Source of the DNA: Gammaproteobacteria bacterium
GTDB taxonomy: Bacteria > Pseudomonadota > Gammaproteobacteria > Natronospirales > REEB76
Assembly (NCBI GenBank): GCA_036502565.1
Contig: DASXYJ010000312.1
Span: 1-35,747, forward strand
Length of the DNA stretch: 35,747 bases
Direction of reading: 5' to 3'
The translations under genes were made by a program, and so were the position numbers. The notes under the pieces were generated by a model. The model made no database searches. It had not been told where the DNA came from and worked only from the letters and a program-made list of their open reading frames with translations. Shown in pieces: positions 6,616 through 16,022 of the stretch (its first letter is position 1; the number at the start of each line of letters is the position of its first letter).

Positions 6616-9600
6616 TTAGTGCAGCCGGGCTAGTTTTCTTATCTCTTGCAGGGCGACGGACAAAGATGGGAAGTCGGCGATATTGGCCGCCTTCATGTCC
6701 GAGAGCACGTGGCGTGCATGGTCGAGGCGGGCGGCGTGGGTCTCCAGCCACTGGTCCAGCTGCTTGACCGCGGCGCGCACCTCGCGCGCCGAGCCGAGCG
6801 CCTGGGCCGTGAGCTCACGCTGCTGGGCGTAGAGGTCCTCGCGCAGGGTGCCGCGGGCCACCGCCTGCCAGTGGCCGTCCACCGGCAGCTCCTCGATCTT
6901 GCTGCGCAGCCAGTCGAGCTGCAGCTCGCGGCCGATGTGGAAGTAGACCTTGGCCACCGCTTCCACCGGCAGCTTGGTCTGACGCGCCACGTCCACCATG
7001 TCCATGCCGGCGTAGAGCGGGCCGATGGCGGCGACGCGCCGGGCCAGGGCCTCGGGCACGCCCACATCCACGTACTGCTGCACGCCCTGGTTGAAGGCCA
7101 GGGCCAGGTCATCGCCCAGCACCGCCGGGAAATGCTGCACCAGGCTGCTGATGCCGGGTTGGTACACCGGCACGGTGGCGGCGATGTCGAGCTTGTCGCG
7201 CTGGTGGTCGATGAACCAGCGGGTCACGTGCTTCAAGAGCCGCGAGCTCTGCACCGCCATGGAGATCTGCACGCTAGCGGGGACCTTGTTGTCCAGGGCC
7301 TGCACCGCCTCCCACAGGGCGGGCGTGGAGAGGCTCTCCTGGGCGATGGTGTAGGCGCGCGCCACGGTGGAGGCGCTCACCCCGGTCTCCTCCTGCATGC
7401 GGTGCACGAAGGTGGAACCCATGCGGTTGACGATGCCGTTGGTCACCGCGGTGCAGATGATCTCGCGGCAGAGGCGGTGCTTGGGCATCAGCTCCGCGTA
7501 GCGCTTCTGCAGCGGCGTCGGGAAGTACGTCTCGAGCTCGTTGCCGAGGTACGGGTCTTCCGCCACGTCGCCGGCCAAGAGGTTGTTGTAGATGTCGATC
7601 TTGCTGTAGGCCAGGATCACCGCCAGTTCCGGCCGGGTCAGGCCGCGGCCCGCCTTGCGGCGCTCCAGCAGGCCTTCCTCGCCGGGCAGGAACTCGATGG
7701 CGCGGTTCAGCACGCCGGTCTTCTCCAGCGCGCGGATGAGATAAGCGTGTTCGCTGAGCCGCCCCGGGGCCTGCACCTCGGCCACCGAGATGGCCTGGGA
7801 CTGCATGTAGTTGTCGCGCAGCACCAGCTCCGCCACCTCGTCGGTCATCTCCGCCAGCAGCTTGTTGCGGGCGGCCTCGTTGAGGGTCTTCTCGGAGGCC
7901 ACCAGGTTCAGCAGGATCTTGATGTTGACCTCGTGGTCCGAGCAGTCCACGCCCGCGGAGTTGTCGATGAAGTCGGTGTTGAGCCGGCCGCCGGCCAGGG
8001 CGTACTCGATGCGGCCGCGCTGGGTGCAACCCAGGTTGCCGCCTTCGCCCACCACCTTGCAGCGCAGCTCCGAGCCGTTCAGCCGGATGGCGTCGTTGGC
8101 GCGGTCGCCCACCTCGGCGTGGGACTCGCTGGCGGCCTTCACGTAGGTGCCGATGCCGCCGTTCCACAACAGGTCCACCGGCGCCTTGAGGATCACGCGC
8201 AGTAGCTCGGTCGGCGCGTAGCTGCCGGGTTCGGCGCCCAGCGCCGCCGCGGCTTCCGCGCTCAAGGGGATGCTCTTGGCGCTGCGCGGGAACACGCCGC
8301 CGCCCGCCGAGATCAGCTTGGCGTCGTAGTCGGCCCAGGAGGAGCGCGGCAGGTTGAACATGCGCTCGCGTTCCCTGAAGCTCTTCTCCGCGTCCGGGGT
8401 CGGGTCCAGGAACACGTGGCGATGGTCGAAGGCCGCCACCAGCTTGATGTGCCGCGACAGCAGCATGCCGTTGCCGAACACGTCGCCGGACATGTCGCCG
8501 ACGCCGGCCACCGTGAAGTCGGTGGTCTGGATGTCGGTGCCCATCTCGCGGAAGTGGCGCTTCACCGACTCCCAGCCGCCCTTGGCGGTGATGGCCATCT
8601 TCTTGTGGTCGTAGCCGGCGGAGCCGCCGGAGGCGAAGGCATCGCCCAGCCAGAAGCCGTACTCCAGCGAGATGCCGTTGGCGATGTCGGAGAAGGTGGC
8701 GGTGCCCTTGTCGGCGGCGACCACCAGGTACGGATCGTCCGGGTCGTGGCGCACCACGTCCTTCGGCGGGATGACCCGGGTGCCGGCCAGGTTGTCGGTC
8801 ACGTCCAGGAGACCGCGCAGGAAGGTCTGATAGCAGGCGATGCCTTCCTTCATCACGGCTTCGCGGTCGCCGCCGTGGGGCGGGCGCTTCACGTAGAAGC
8901 CGCCCTTGGCGCCCACCGGCACGATCACGGTGTTCTTCACGTTCTGGGCCTTCACCAGCCCCAGGATCTCGGTGCGGAAATCCTCGCGCCGGTCGGACCA
9001 GCGCAGGCCGCCGCGGGCCACCTTGCCCATGCGCAGGTGCACGCCTTCGACGCGCGGCGAGTACACCCAGATCTCGAACATGGGTTTCGGCAGCGGCAGT
9101 TCCAGCTGCGCCGGGTCGAACTTGAAGGACACGTGGGTCTTGTTGTCGCCGCCCGCGTCCTTCTGGTAGTAGTTGGTGCGCAGGGTGGCGAGGATGGCGC
9201 CCAGGAACAGCCGCAGGATGCGGTCGTCGTCCAAGCTCGACACCTGCTCCAGGGCCGCGGCGATGTCGGCGCGGTGCTTGTCGGTGGAGATGTCGCGCTT
9301 GCCGCTGCCGTGGGGGTCGTTGCGCGCCTCGAAGAGGTGCACCAGGGAGGCGGCGATGCCCGGATGGTTGAACAGCGCCCGCTCCATGTAGGCCTGGCTG
9401 AAGCTGATGCCGGTCTGCAGCAGGTACTTGCAATAGGCACGCAGCAGCATGGTCTGGCGCCAGCTCAAGCCCGCGCTCAGCACCAGGCGGTTGAAGCCGT
9501 CGCTCTCCGCCTCGCCGCGCCAGACGCGGGCGAACTGCTCCTGGAAGGCTTCCTTGAGGCTCTCGACGTCGATCTCGCCGGGGTGCACCAGCTCGAAGTC

Positions 9601-11424
9601 CTGGATCCAGACGATGCTGCCGTCCGCCAGGTCCATCTCGTAGGGGCGCTCGCTGATGACCCGCACGCCCATGTTCTCCAGCATGGGCAGGGCATCGGAG
9701 ATCGGTATGGTCTGCTCGCGGTGGAAGGTCTTGAAGCGCAGGTAGCCCGGCGGGGCGTTGAAGGGCCGGTACAGGCTCATGCGCAGGCCGCCGCTGGCAT
9801 TCAGCGCGTCGACTTCCTCCACGTCGAACACCGCCGCCTTGGGCTTGATGTCGTCCTGGTAGGCGCCGGGGAAATGGTTGCCGTAGCGGGCGAAGAGCTT
9901 GAGGCCGTGCTCCTCGCCGCACTTCTCCACCAGCGCGTCCTTGAGTTCGTCCTGCCAGGAGCGCACCGCCAGCACGATGTCCTTCTCGATGGCGGTGCGG
10001 TCGTACTTGGGCAGCTGCCACGGCGTGGTGCGCACGATCACGTGCAGGCGCGCCAGCGCCGACTCGGACAGCGCCACGGCATGCTCGACGCTCTTGCCGT
10101 TCAGGGCCTGGTAGAGCACGGCTTCGATCTTCTGGCGCACCGCGGTGGTATAGCGGTCGCGCGGCACGTACACGAGGCAGGAGAAGAAGCGGCCGAAGCT
10201 GTCGCGGCGGATGAAGAGCTTGACCCGCTGGCGTTCCTGCAGCTGCACCACGCCCATGGCGGTCTCGAACAGCTCGTCGGTGGTGCTCTGGAACAGCTCG
10301 TCGCGGGGCAGGGTCTCGAGGATGTGGGTGAGGGCCTTGCCGTCGTGGCTGGCGGCCGGCAGCTCCGAGCGGCGCATCACCGCCGCCACCTTCTCGCGCA
10401 GCACCGGGATCTCGCGCGGGCTGGCAGCATAGGCGCTGGTGGTGAAGAGACCGAGGAAGCGCCACTCGCCGCTCACCTGGCCGTCGGCACCGAAGCGCTT
10501 GACGCCCACGTAGTCCAGGTAGCCGGGGCGGTGCACCGTGGCCTGGGAGTTGGCCTTGGTGACGATCATGAACTCCTTGGCGCGGGCGCGCTTGCGCACG
10601 TCCTTCGGCAGCACCAGGAAGCTCTGGCTGACCTTGGACTGGGTCTCGCGCAGGATGCCGAGGCCGGAGTTCGGCACCAGCTTCAGCACCTCCTCGCCGT
10701 TCTCCTCGCCCAGCACGTACTCGCGCACGCCGAGGAAGGTGAAGTGGTTGTCGCCCAGCCATTCCAGGAACTTGATGCCCTCGTCCACTTCCGCGTCGCC
10801 CAGCACGCTGCGGTGCTTCTGCACCGACTGCGTCACTTCCTTCAGCTTGTCGCGCATCGCCTGCCAGTCGCCGATGGTGGCGCGCACGTCGCGCATGGCG
10901 CTCTGCAGGGCGGTCTCGATCTTGCCCAGGGTCTCGGCGCCGGCCTGGTTGTCCACCTCGATGTGCATCCAGGACTCGGTCAGCACGCCGTCCTGCTTGC
11001 CGTCCACCAGGCTGGCGATGGCGCCGCGCGCGTCGCGCTGCACGTGATAGATGGGGTGCACGGTCAGGTGGATGCCGACGCCCAGCCGGTTCAGGGTCAT
11101 GGTGGTGGTGTCCACCAGGAAGGGCATGTCGTCGTTCACCATCTCGATGATGGTGTGGGGGCTCTTCCAGCCGTCCTTCTTCTCGCTCGGGTTGAAGACG
11201 CGGACCTTGGTCTCGCCGCGGGCGCGCTTGGAGCCGAACTCCCAATGGCTCAGGGCCGCGCCGTACAGGTCCTCCGGCGTCTGGGCCAGCACGTCCTCTT
11301 CGGCGATGTCGTCGTAGTAGTTGAGGATGAACCGCTCGAGTTGCGCCGCCGCGGGGTGCTTCTTGGCGAGGGCGATGACCTTCTCAAGATGCTTGTCTTT
11401 GGGCGGGGATTTCCGTTGCGGCAT
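6616..11424 (-). CDS. gdhB: NAD-specific glutamate dehydrogenase, large (~180 kDa) class
   Basis: 1602 aa from MPQRKSPPKDKH (cat at 11422-11424). The catalytic core reads GGLRWSDRREDFRTEILGLVKAQNVKNTVIVPVGAKGGF...GDMSGDVFGNGML. Size and motifs are typical of the Bac_GDH family. Confidence 0.93.
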   Translation of the reverse strand: MPQRKSPPKDKHLEKVIALAKKHPAAAQLERFILNYYDDIAEEDVLAQTPEDLYGAALSHWEFGSKRARGETKVRVFNPSEKKDGWKSPHTIIEMVNDDMPFLVDTTTMTLNRLGVGIHLTVHPIYHVQRDARGAIASLVDGKQDGVLTESWMHIEVDNQAGAETLGKIETALQSAMRDVRATIGDWQAMRDKLKEVTQSVQKHRSVLGDAEVDEGIKFLEWLGDNHFTFLGVREYVLGEENGEEVLKLVPNSGLGILRETQSKVSQSFLVLPKDVRKRARAKEFMIVTKANSQATVHRPGYLDYVGVKRFGADGQVSGEWRFLGLFTTSAYAASPREIPVLREKVAAVMRRSELPAASHDGKALTHILETLPRDELFQSTTDELFETAMGVVQLQERQRVKLFIRRDSFGRFFSCLVYVPRDRYTTAVRQKIEAVLYQALNGKSVEHAVALSESALARLHVIVRTTPWQLPKYDRTAIEKDIVLAVRSWQDELKDALVEKCGEEHGLKLFARYGNHFPGAYQDDIKPKAAVFDVEEVDALNASGGLRMSLYRPFNAPPGYLRFKTFHREQTIPISDALPMLENMGVRVISERPYEMDLADGSIVWIQDFELVHPGEIDVESLKEAFQEQFARVWRGEAESDGFNRLVLSAGLSWRQTMLLRAYCKYLLQTGISFSQAYMERALFNHPGIAASLVHLFEARNDPHGSGKRDISTDKHRADIAAALEQVSSLDDDRILRLFLGAILATLRTNYYQKDAGGDNKTHVSFKFDPAQLELPLPKPMFEIWVYSPRVEGVHLRMGKVARGGLRWSDRREDFRTEILGLVKAQNVKNTVIVPVGAKGGFYVKRPPHGGDREAVMKEGIACYQTFLRGLLDVTDNLAGTRVIPPKDVVRHDPDDPYLVVAADKGTATFSDIANGISLEYGFWLGDAFASGGSAGYDHKKMAITAKGGWESVKRHFREMGTDIQTTDFTVAGVGDMSGDVFGNGMLLSRHIKLVAAFDHRHVFLDPTPDAEKSFRERERMFNLPRSSWADYDAKLISAGGGVFPRSAKSIPLSAEAAAALGAEPGSYAPTELLRVILKAPVDLLWNGGIGTYVKAASESHAEVGDRANDAIRLNGSELRCKVVGEGGNLGCTQRGRIEYALAGGRLNTDFIDNSAGVDCSDHEVNIKILLNLVASEKTLNEAARNKLLAEMTDEVAELVLRDNYMQSQAISVAEVQAPGRLSEHAYLIRALEKTGVLNRAIEFLPGEEGLLERRKAGRGLTRPELAVILAYSKIDIYNNLLAGDVAEDPYLGNELETYFPTPLQKRYAELMPKHRLCREIICTAVTNGIVNRMGSTFVHRMQEETGVSASTVARAYTIAQESLSTPALWEAVQALDNKVPASVQISMAVQSSRLLKHVTRWFIDHQRDKLDIAATVPVYQPGISSLVQHFPAVLGDDLALAFNQGVQQYVDVGVPEALARRVAAIGPLYAGMDMVDVARQTKLPVEAVAKVYFHIGRELQLDWLRSKIEELPVDGHWQAVARGTLREDLYAQQRELTAQALGSAREVRAAVKQLDQWLETHAARLDHARHVLSDMKAANIADFPSLSVALQEIRKLARLH

Positions 11425-11483
11425 GACTTGAGGCCTTGGCTTTTCTTCGGAGTTAGTGGGGCATTTTACTGCGATACATGAGC

Positions 11484-11508
11484 AAACGGCGACCAAGGGC
11501 CGCCGTTT
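11484..11508 (-). terminator. Possible weak terminator or stem-loop between the E2 gene and gdhB
   Basis: aaacggcg/accaagggc/cgccgttt, extendable with one mismatch. There is only a 3-T tail, so read-through into gdhB is plausible. Confidence 0.35.
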
Positions 11509-11532
11509 ACCGCGAGACGCGTCACATGAGCG

Positions 11533-12786
11533 TCATTGTGCCTTTTCCAGGTCCTTGATCACGGCCGCCAGCCAGCGGCAGGCGGTGCCGCCGGTGATGC
11601 AGCGGTGGTCGAAGGTGATGGAGAGGGGTATGCGTTTGTGCACTTCTATTCCGCCCATGACCGGCACCACGTCGTGGCGCAGGCCGCCGGTGCCGAGGAT
11701 GGCCACCTGCGGGGGCACCACCACCGGGGTGGCATAGCGGCCGGCCATCATGCCGAAGTTCGACAGGGTGATGGTCGGGTCCTTCATGTCGGCGGGCGAC
11801 ACGCTGCGGTTGCGGGTGGCTTCCTTGATGCGGTTCAGGTCGTCGCGCAGCTGCTGGGCATTCTTGCTCTCGACCTTGCGCAGGATCGGCACGATCAAGC
11901 CGTCCGGTGTGTCCACCGCCATGGCGAGGTCGACGCGCTCGTGGATGGTGCGCTCCAGCTTCTCGCCGTCGTACCAGGCGTTGAGCTCGGGCTCGGCGCG
12001 GCAGCCGGCGACGATGGCGCGCACGATGCGCACCGTGATGTCCTGCCCCGGCATCCAGCCGTGGATGTCGGCGTCGTCGAAGAGTGTGCACTCGGCGACT
12101 TCAGAGCGGGACTTGGTCATGCTGGCGTGCATGGCACGGCGCGGGCCGCGCAGGGGCTCCGCCACGCCGTACCTCACGTCGGTGCGCTTCTTGGGCATGT
12201 CCCAACGCTGGGTCGGAGCGGACGGCGCCGAGCTGCCGCCACCCTGGGCTGCATTGCGCACGTCCTCGGCGCTCACGGTGTCGTTCTTGCCGGTGGGCGG
12301 GATGCCGGAGAGGTCCACGCCCATCTGCTTGGCGAGGATGCGCGCCGAGGGCAGCGCCTTCACGCGCTGCGGCTCCTGCTTCTGTTTCTTGCGGATGATG
12401 GCGGTCTCCGCCACCACGGCGTTGCTGGTGGGCACGTTACCCACCACGGTGCCGCTGTCCTCGGCGATCGGCGTGCCTTTCTTGGCATCCGGCGCGGCTT
12501 TCTGGGCCGCGGCCTCTTCTTTCTTGGCAGTGGCCGGAGCAGCCGCGCCGCCTTCGATGTCGAAATCCACCAGCGCGGAGTGGGTGGGAATGATGTCGCC
12601 GTTCTTGCCGTGGAGCTTGGCGATCTTGCCGCTCCAGGGGGAGGGCACGTCCACCACGGCCTTCGCGGTCTCGACGGACAGCAGCGGCTGGTCCACCTTG
12701 ACCACATCGCCTTCCTTCACGTGCCAGCTGACGATCTCGGCTTCCTGCAGGCCTTCGCCCAGATCCGGGAGGTTGAACGTCTTCAT
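11533..12786 (-). CDS. Dihydrolipoamide acyltransferase (E2) of a 2-oxoacid dehydrogenase complex, branched-chain type likely
   Basis: N-terminal lipoyl domain (LLSVETAKAVVDVPSP), an Ala/Pro/Lys linker, a subunit-binding segment and a catalytic domain with SITFDHRCITGG. Confidence 0.9.
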   Translation of the reverse strand: MKTFNLPDLGEGLQEAEIVSWHVKEGDVVKVDQPLLSVETAKAVVDVPSPWSGKIAKLHGKNGDIIPTHSALVDFDIEGGAAAPATAKKEEAAAQKAAPDAKKGTPIAEDSGTVVGNVPTSNAVVAETAIIRKKQKQEPQRVKALPSARILAKQMGVDLSGIPPTGKNDTVSAEDVRNAAQGGGSSAPSAPTQRWDMPKKRTDVRYGVAEPLRGPRRAMHASMTKSRSEVAECTLFDDADIHGWMPGQDITVRIVRAIVAGCRAEPELNAWYDGEKLERTIHERVDLAMAVDTPDGLIVPILRKVESKNAQQLRDDLNRIKEATRNRSVSPADMKDPTITLSNFGMMAGRYATPVVVPPQVAILGTGGLRHDVVPVMGGIEVHKRIPLSITFDHRCITGGTACRWLAAVIKDLEKAQ

Positions 12787-12789
12787 CGA

Positions 12790-13767
12790 TTAAGCCTCCA
12801 GCACCTTGCGGATACCCTTCAACACGCGGTCCACGCTCGGCATGTAATCATGCTCCAGCTTGAAGAGCGGCATGGGTATGTCATAACCCGTGACACGGCC
12901 GATGGGGGCCTTGAGGGAGTAGATGGCCTTCTCGGCCACGGTGGCGGCGATCTCGGCGCCCACGCCGCAGTTGCGCGGCGCCTCGTGCACGATGACCAGG
13001 CGACCGGTCTTCTCCACCGACTCCAGGATGGTGTCGAAGTCGATGGGCGCGACGGTGGCGAGATCGATCACGTCGCAGCTGATACCTTCCTCGCCGAGCT
13101 TCGCGGCGGCCTGCAGGGTCTCGTGGACCATGGCGCCCCAGGATACGAGCGTCACGTCCTCGCCCTCGCGCAGCACGAAGCAGGTGTCCAGCGGCAGGGC
13201 CTTGCCGTCGTCTTCCACTTCCGCCTTGTTCAGGCGGTACAGGCGCGTCGGCTCCAGGAACACCACCGGATCCGGATCACGGATGGCGGCGAGCAAGAGG
13301 CCGTAGGCCCGGGACGGGGAGGAGGGCATCACGGTGCGGATGCCGGGCATGTGGGCGAACATCGCCTCGTTGCTCTCGGAATGGTGTTCCGGCGCGTGGA
13401 TGCCGCCGCCCGAGGGCGCGCGCAGCACCATGGGCACGTGCAGGCGGCCGCGGGTGCGGGTGCGCAGGCGGCCGGCGTGGTTGATCATCTGGTCCACGGC
13501 GGGATAGATGAAGCCGGAGAACTGGATCTCGGCGATGGGCTTCATGCCCTGGGTCGCCATGCCGATGGAGAGTCCGGCGATGAGGGCTTCGGCCAGCGGC
13601 GTGTCCATGACACGGTCCTTGCCGAAGCGCTGTTGCAGGCCGGCGGTGGCGCGGAACACGCCGCCGTTCAGGCCCACGTCCTCGCCCAGCACCACCACGG
13701 AAGGATCCTTCTCCATCTCATGGGCCATCGCCATCGTGATGGCTTCGACCATCGTTACCTTAGCCAT
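12790..13767 (-). CDS. 2-oxoacid dehydrogenase E1 component beta subunit
   Basis: Start taken at MAKVTMVEAITMAM (cat at 13765-13767), which overlaps the E1alpha stop by 8 nt. It shows transketolase-like pyrimidine-binding and C-terminal domains (FGKDRVMDTPLAE, PMVLRAPSGGG). Confidence 0.88.
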   Translation of the reverse strand: MAKVTMVEAITMAMAHEMEKDPSVVVLGEDVGLNGGVFRATAGLQQRFGKDRVMDTPLAEALIAGLSIGMATQGMKPIAEIQFSGFIYPAVDQMINHAGRLRTRTRGRLHVPMVLRAPSGGGIHAPEHHSESNEAMFAHMPGIRTVMPSSPSRAYGLLLAAIRDPDPVVFLEPTRLYRLNKAEVEDDGKALPLDTCFVLREGEDVTLVSWGAMVHETLQAAAKLGEEGISCDVIDLATVAPIDFDTILESVEKTGRLVIVHEAPRNCGVGAEIAATVAEKAIYSLKAPIGRVTGYDIPMPLFKLEHDYMPSVDRVLKGIRKVLEA

Positions 13768-14887
13768 GGTGTTCGGCCTCCTCGACGGCTTCATCGCGCT
13801 GGGCGGCGAGGCCCTCCGGCAGGTTGGCGAACATGTGATCGAACATGCTCGCCACCGGCGGCTTGCCGGTGTCCTTATATAGTTTCACTTCGGCGTCCAC
13901 CCGCTCGGCGCATTCCGCCAGCAGGGCATCTTCCTTCTTCTGGTCCCAGGCGCCGGTGTCCATGAGGTACTTGCGGATGCGGAGCAGGGGTTCCTTCTTC
14001 CACTCGCCTTCCACCTCGCCCTTGGGGCGATAGCGGGTGGCGTCGTCGGCGGTGGTGTGGTCATGGAGGCGGTAGGTGAGGGCTTCGACGAGCGTCGGGC
14101 CCTTGCCGGCACGCGCCTTCTCCAGCGCCTTATCCATCACGTCGCGCACGGCGATGATGTCGTTGCCGTCCACCTGGATGCCCTCGATGCCGCCGGCCAC
14201 GGCCTTCTGGGCCAGGGTCTCGCAGGCGGTCTGGGCCGAGAGGGGCACCGAGATGGCCCACTTGTTGTTGCACACCACGAACACCACCGGCAGCTGCCAG
14301 GCGCCGGCGCAGTTGATGGCCTCGTAGTAGTCGCCCTGGGAGGTGCCGCCATCGCCGATCACCGTCACCGCCGCGCGCTTCTCCTTGCGCAGCTTGAAGG
14401 CCGTCGCGGCCCCGGCCGCGTGGTGGTACTGGGTGGCGATGGGCACGCACCAGGCGAAGTCATGCTTGGGGCCCGAGAAGTCGTTGCCGCGCTCGTCACC
14501 GCCCCAGAACAAGAGCACTTCATGGGGCTGCACGCCGCGGTAGAACTGGGTGCCGTACTCGCGGTACATGGGGAAGAAGGCGTCTTCCTGCTTCATGGCG
14601 GCGCCGATGCCCACGTGGGTGGCTTCGTGGCCGAGGCAGGAGGCGTAGGTGCCGAGCTGGCCGGTGCGCTGCAAGGCGATGGCCTTGGTGTCGAAGACCC
14701 GCACGAAGCTCATGGCGCGGTACATCTTCAGGAGCTCCTCCTTGTCCTTGGCGAACTTGGGGAGTTCCTTCTGCACGAGCTTGGCTTCGTGGTCGAGGTA
14801 CTGCTGGTACTTGATCTCGAACGTGGCAGCGGTCTTCAAGGCTTCATGCTCCTGGAAAGCCGCCCGGGGCACTTGAGGGACCTTCAT
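13760..14887 (-). CDS. 2-oxoacid dehydrogenase E1 component alpha subunit (TPP-dependent)
   Basis: TPP-binding motif GDGGTSQGDYYEAINCAGAWQLPVVFVVCNNKWAIS. 375 aa. It is first in the E1alpha-E1beta-E2 gene order. Confidence 0.9.
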   Translation of the reverse strand: MKVPQVPRAAFQEHEALKTAATFEIKYQQYLDHEAKLVQKELPKFAKDKEELLKMYRAMSFVRVFDTKAIALQRTGQLGTYASCLGHEATHVGIGAAMKQEDAFFPMYREYGTQFYRGVQPHEVLLFWGGDERGNDFSGPKHDFAWCVPIATQYHHAAGAATAFKLRKEKRAAVTVIGDGGTSQGDYYEAINCAGAWQLPVVFVVCNNKWAISVPLSAQTACETLAQKAVAGGIEGIQVDGNDIIAVRDVMDKALEKARAGKGPTLVEALTYRLHDHTTADDATRYRPKGEVEGEWKKEPLLRIRKYLMDTGAWDQKKEDALLAECAERVDAEVKLYKDTGKPPVASMFDHMFANLPEGLAAQRDEAVEEAEHHG

Positions 14888-15023
14888 GGGGTCCTGCAGG
14901 CCCGCCGGCGGGGAGTGCTTATATAGATAGCGCCCGGCTTAGGGGCCGGGCGGGGCGGAGATTATACATGAGGCACCCCCGTGACCCCCGCCCGGGGCAA
15001 GGGGGTAGATGGGAGGGGTCGGG

Positions 15024-15029
15024 TAGAAT
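15024..15029 (+). promoter_or_regulatory. Candidate -10 box (tagaat) for kynA
   Basis: tagaat lies 28 nt upstream of the kynA ATG. No convincing -35 was seen. Confidence 0.25.
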
Positions 15030-15056
15030 GACGGCACTTTCGGGCTGGAAACGGGC

Positions 15057-15911
15057 ATGAGCGGCAACAAGCGCGAGCTGGAAAAGGGCATCCATACCGA
15101 CCTCAAGCCCCAGGAGACCTACTCCGGCTACCTCAAGCTCGACGTGCTGTTCGCGGCCCAGCAGCCGGTGACCCGGCCGGCCCACCATGACGAGATGCTG
15201 TTCATCATCCAGCACCAGACCTCCGAGCTCTGGATCAAGCTGGTGCTGCACGAGCTGGACGCGGCCATCCGCCACATCCAGAAGGACGAGCTGGAAGACT
15301 GCTTCAAGATCCTCTCGCGGGTGAAGCAGATCCAGATGCAGCTGTTCAACCAGTGGGCGGTGCTGGAGACCCTCACCCCCACCGAATACGCCGAGTTCCG
15401 CTCGGCGCTGGGCGCCGCCTCCGGCTTCCAGTCGCACCAGTACCGGGCGCTGGAGTTCATGCTGGGCAACAAGTCCGCGGAACTTGTGAAAGTCTTCGCT
15501 TACGATCCCAAGGTACACGCGCTGCTCACCGAGCTGCTGAACCGCCCGAGCCTCTACGATGAGTTCCTGCGTTACCTCAAGCGCCGCGGCCTGGCCGTGC
15601 CGGCCGAGCGCGTAGAGCGGGACTGGTCCCAGCCCTACGAGCGGCATCCCGGCGTCACCGCGGTGTTCAAGGAGATCTACGAGGGCACCCGCGAGTGGTG
15701 GGACGCCTACGAGATGTGCGAGAAGCTCGTGGACGTGGAGGAGTATTTCCAGCTCTGGCGCTTCCGCCACATGAAGACCGTGGAACGCATCATCGGCCAC
15801 AAGACCGGCACCGGCGGCTCCTCGGGCGTGAAGTTCCTGGAGAAGGCCCTGTCTTTGACCTTCTTCCCCGAATTGATAGATGTCAGGACCGAGATCGGCG
15901 TCGTTAAGTAG
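15057..15911 (+). CDS. kynA: Tryptophan 2,3-dioxygenase
   Basis: 284 aa. [16 protein letters not shown]...[19 protein letters not shown]...[13 protein letters not shown]...[24 protein letters not shown] are hallmark bacterial TDO motifs. Confidence 0.93.
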   Translation: MSGNKRELEKGIHTDLKPQETYSGYLKLDVLFAAQQPVTRPAHHDEMLFIIQHQTSELWIKLVLHELDAAIRHIQKDELEDCFKILSRVKQIQMQLFNQWAVLETLTPTEYAEFRSALGAASGFQSHQYRALEFMLGNKSAELVKVFAYDPKVHALLTELLNRPSLYDEFLRYLKRRGLAVPAERVERDWSQPYERHPGVTAVFKEIYEGTREWWDAYEMCEKLVDVEEYFQLWRFRHMKTVERIIGHKTGTGGSSGVKFLEKALSLTFFPELIDVRTEIGVVK

Positions 15912-15928
15912 CTGATTTCCGGACGGTT

Positions 15929-15957
15929 GGGGCGGTTCCCGCCCCGGGCGGTATAAT
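15929..15957 (+). promoter_or_regulatory. GC stem-loop (ggggcgg/ttc/ccgcccc) followed by a tataat -10 candidate upstream of hppD
   Basis: A 7-bp GC stem without a U-tract sits just after kynA. A perfect tataat lies at 15952-15957, 65 nt before the hppD ATG. The only -35-like hexamer (ttgggg) is at a poor 19-nt spacing. Confidence 0.3.
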
Positions 15958-16022
15958 GTTCAACTCATTGATTTTCCAGCCTTCCGGCTCAGGACGGGAG
16001 GCGAGTACCGAGGTATATAGGC

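Noticed and set aside
7274-11481. Very long alternative-frame and antisense ORFs over gdhB (7274-11245 -, 1323 aa; 8416-11481 +, 1021 aa; 6646-8205 +, 519 aa)
   Set aside because: Their translations are Arg/Ala/Gly/Pro/His-rich low-complexity strings typical of open non-coding frames in high-GC genes. The GdhB frame carries the family motifs and accounts for the whole region.
13768-13794. Longer E1beta start at 13794 (MKPSRRPNT...)
   Set aside because: It would overlap E1alpha by 35 nt. The Met at 13767 gives the family-typical MAKVTMVEAI N-terminus. The choice remains uncertain by a few codons.
11536-13965. 809-aa plus-strand ORF antisense to the E2/E1beta/E1alpha genes
   Set aside because: It has a junk-like composition (runs of G, A, H, R, V) and spans three well-supported minus-strand genes with clear TPP, lipoyl and DHR motifs.
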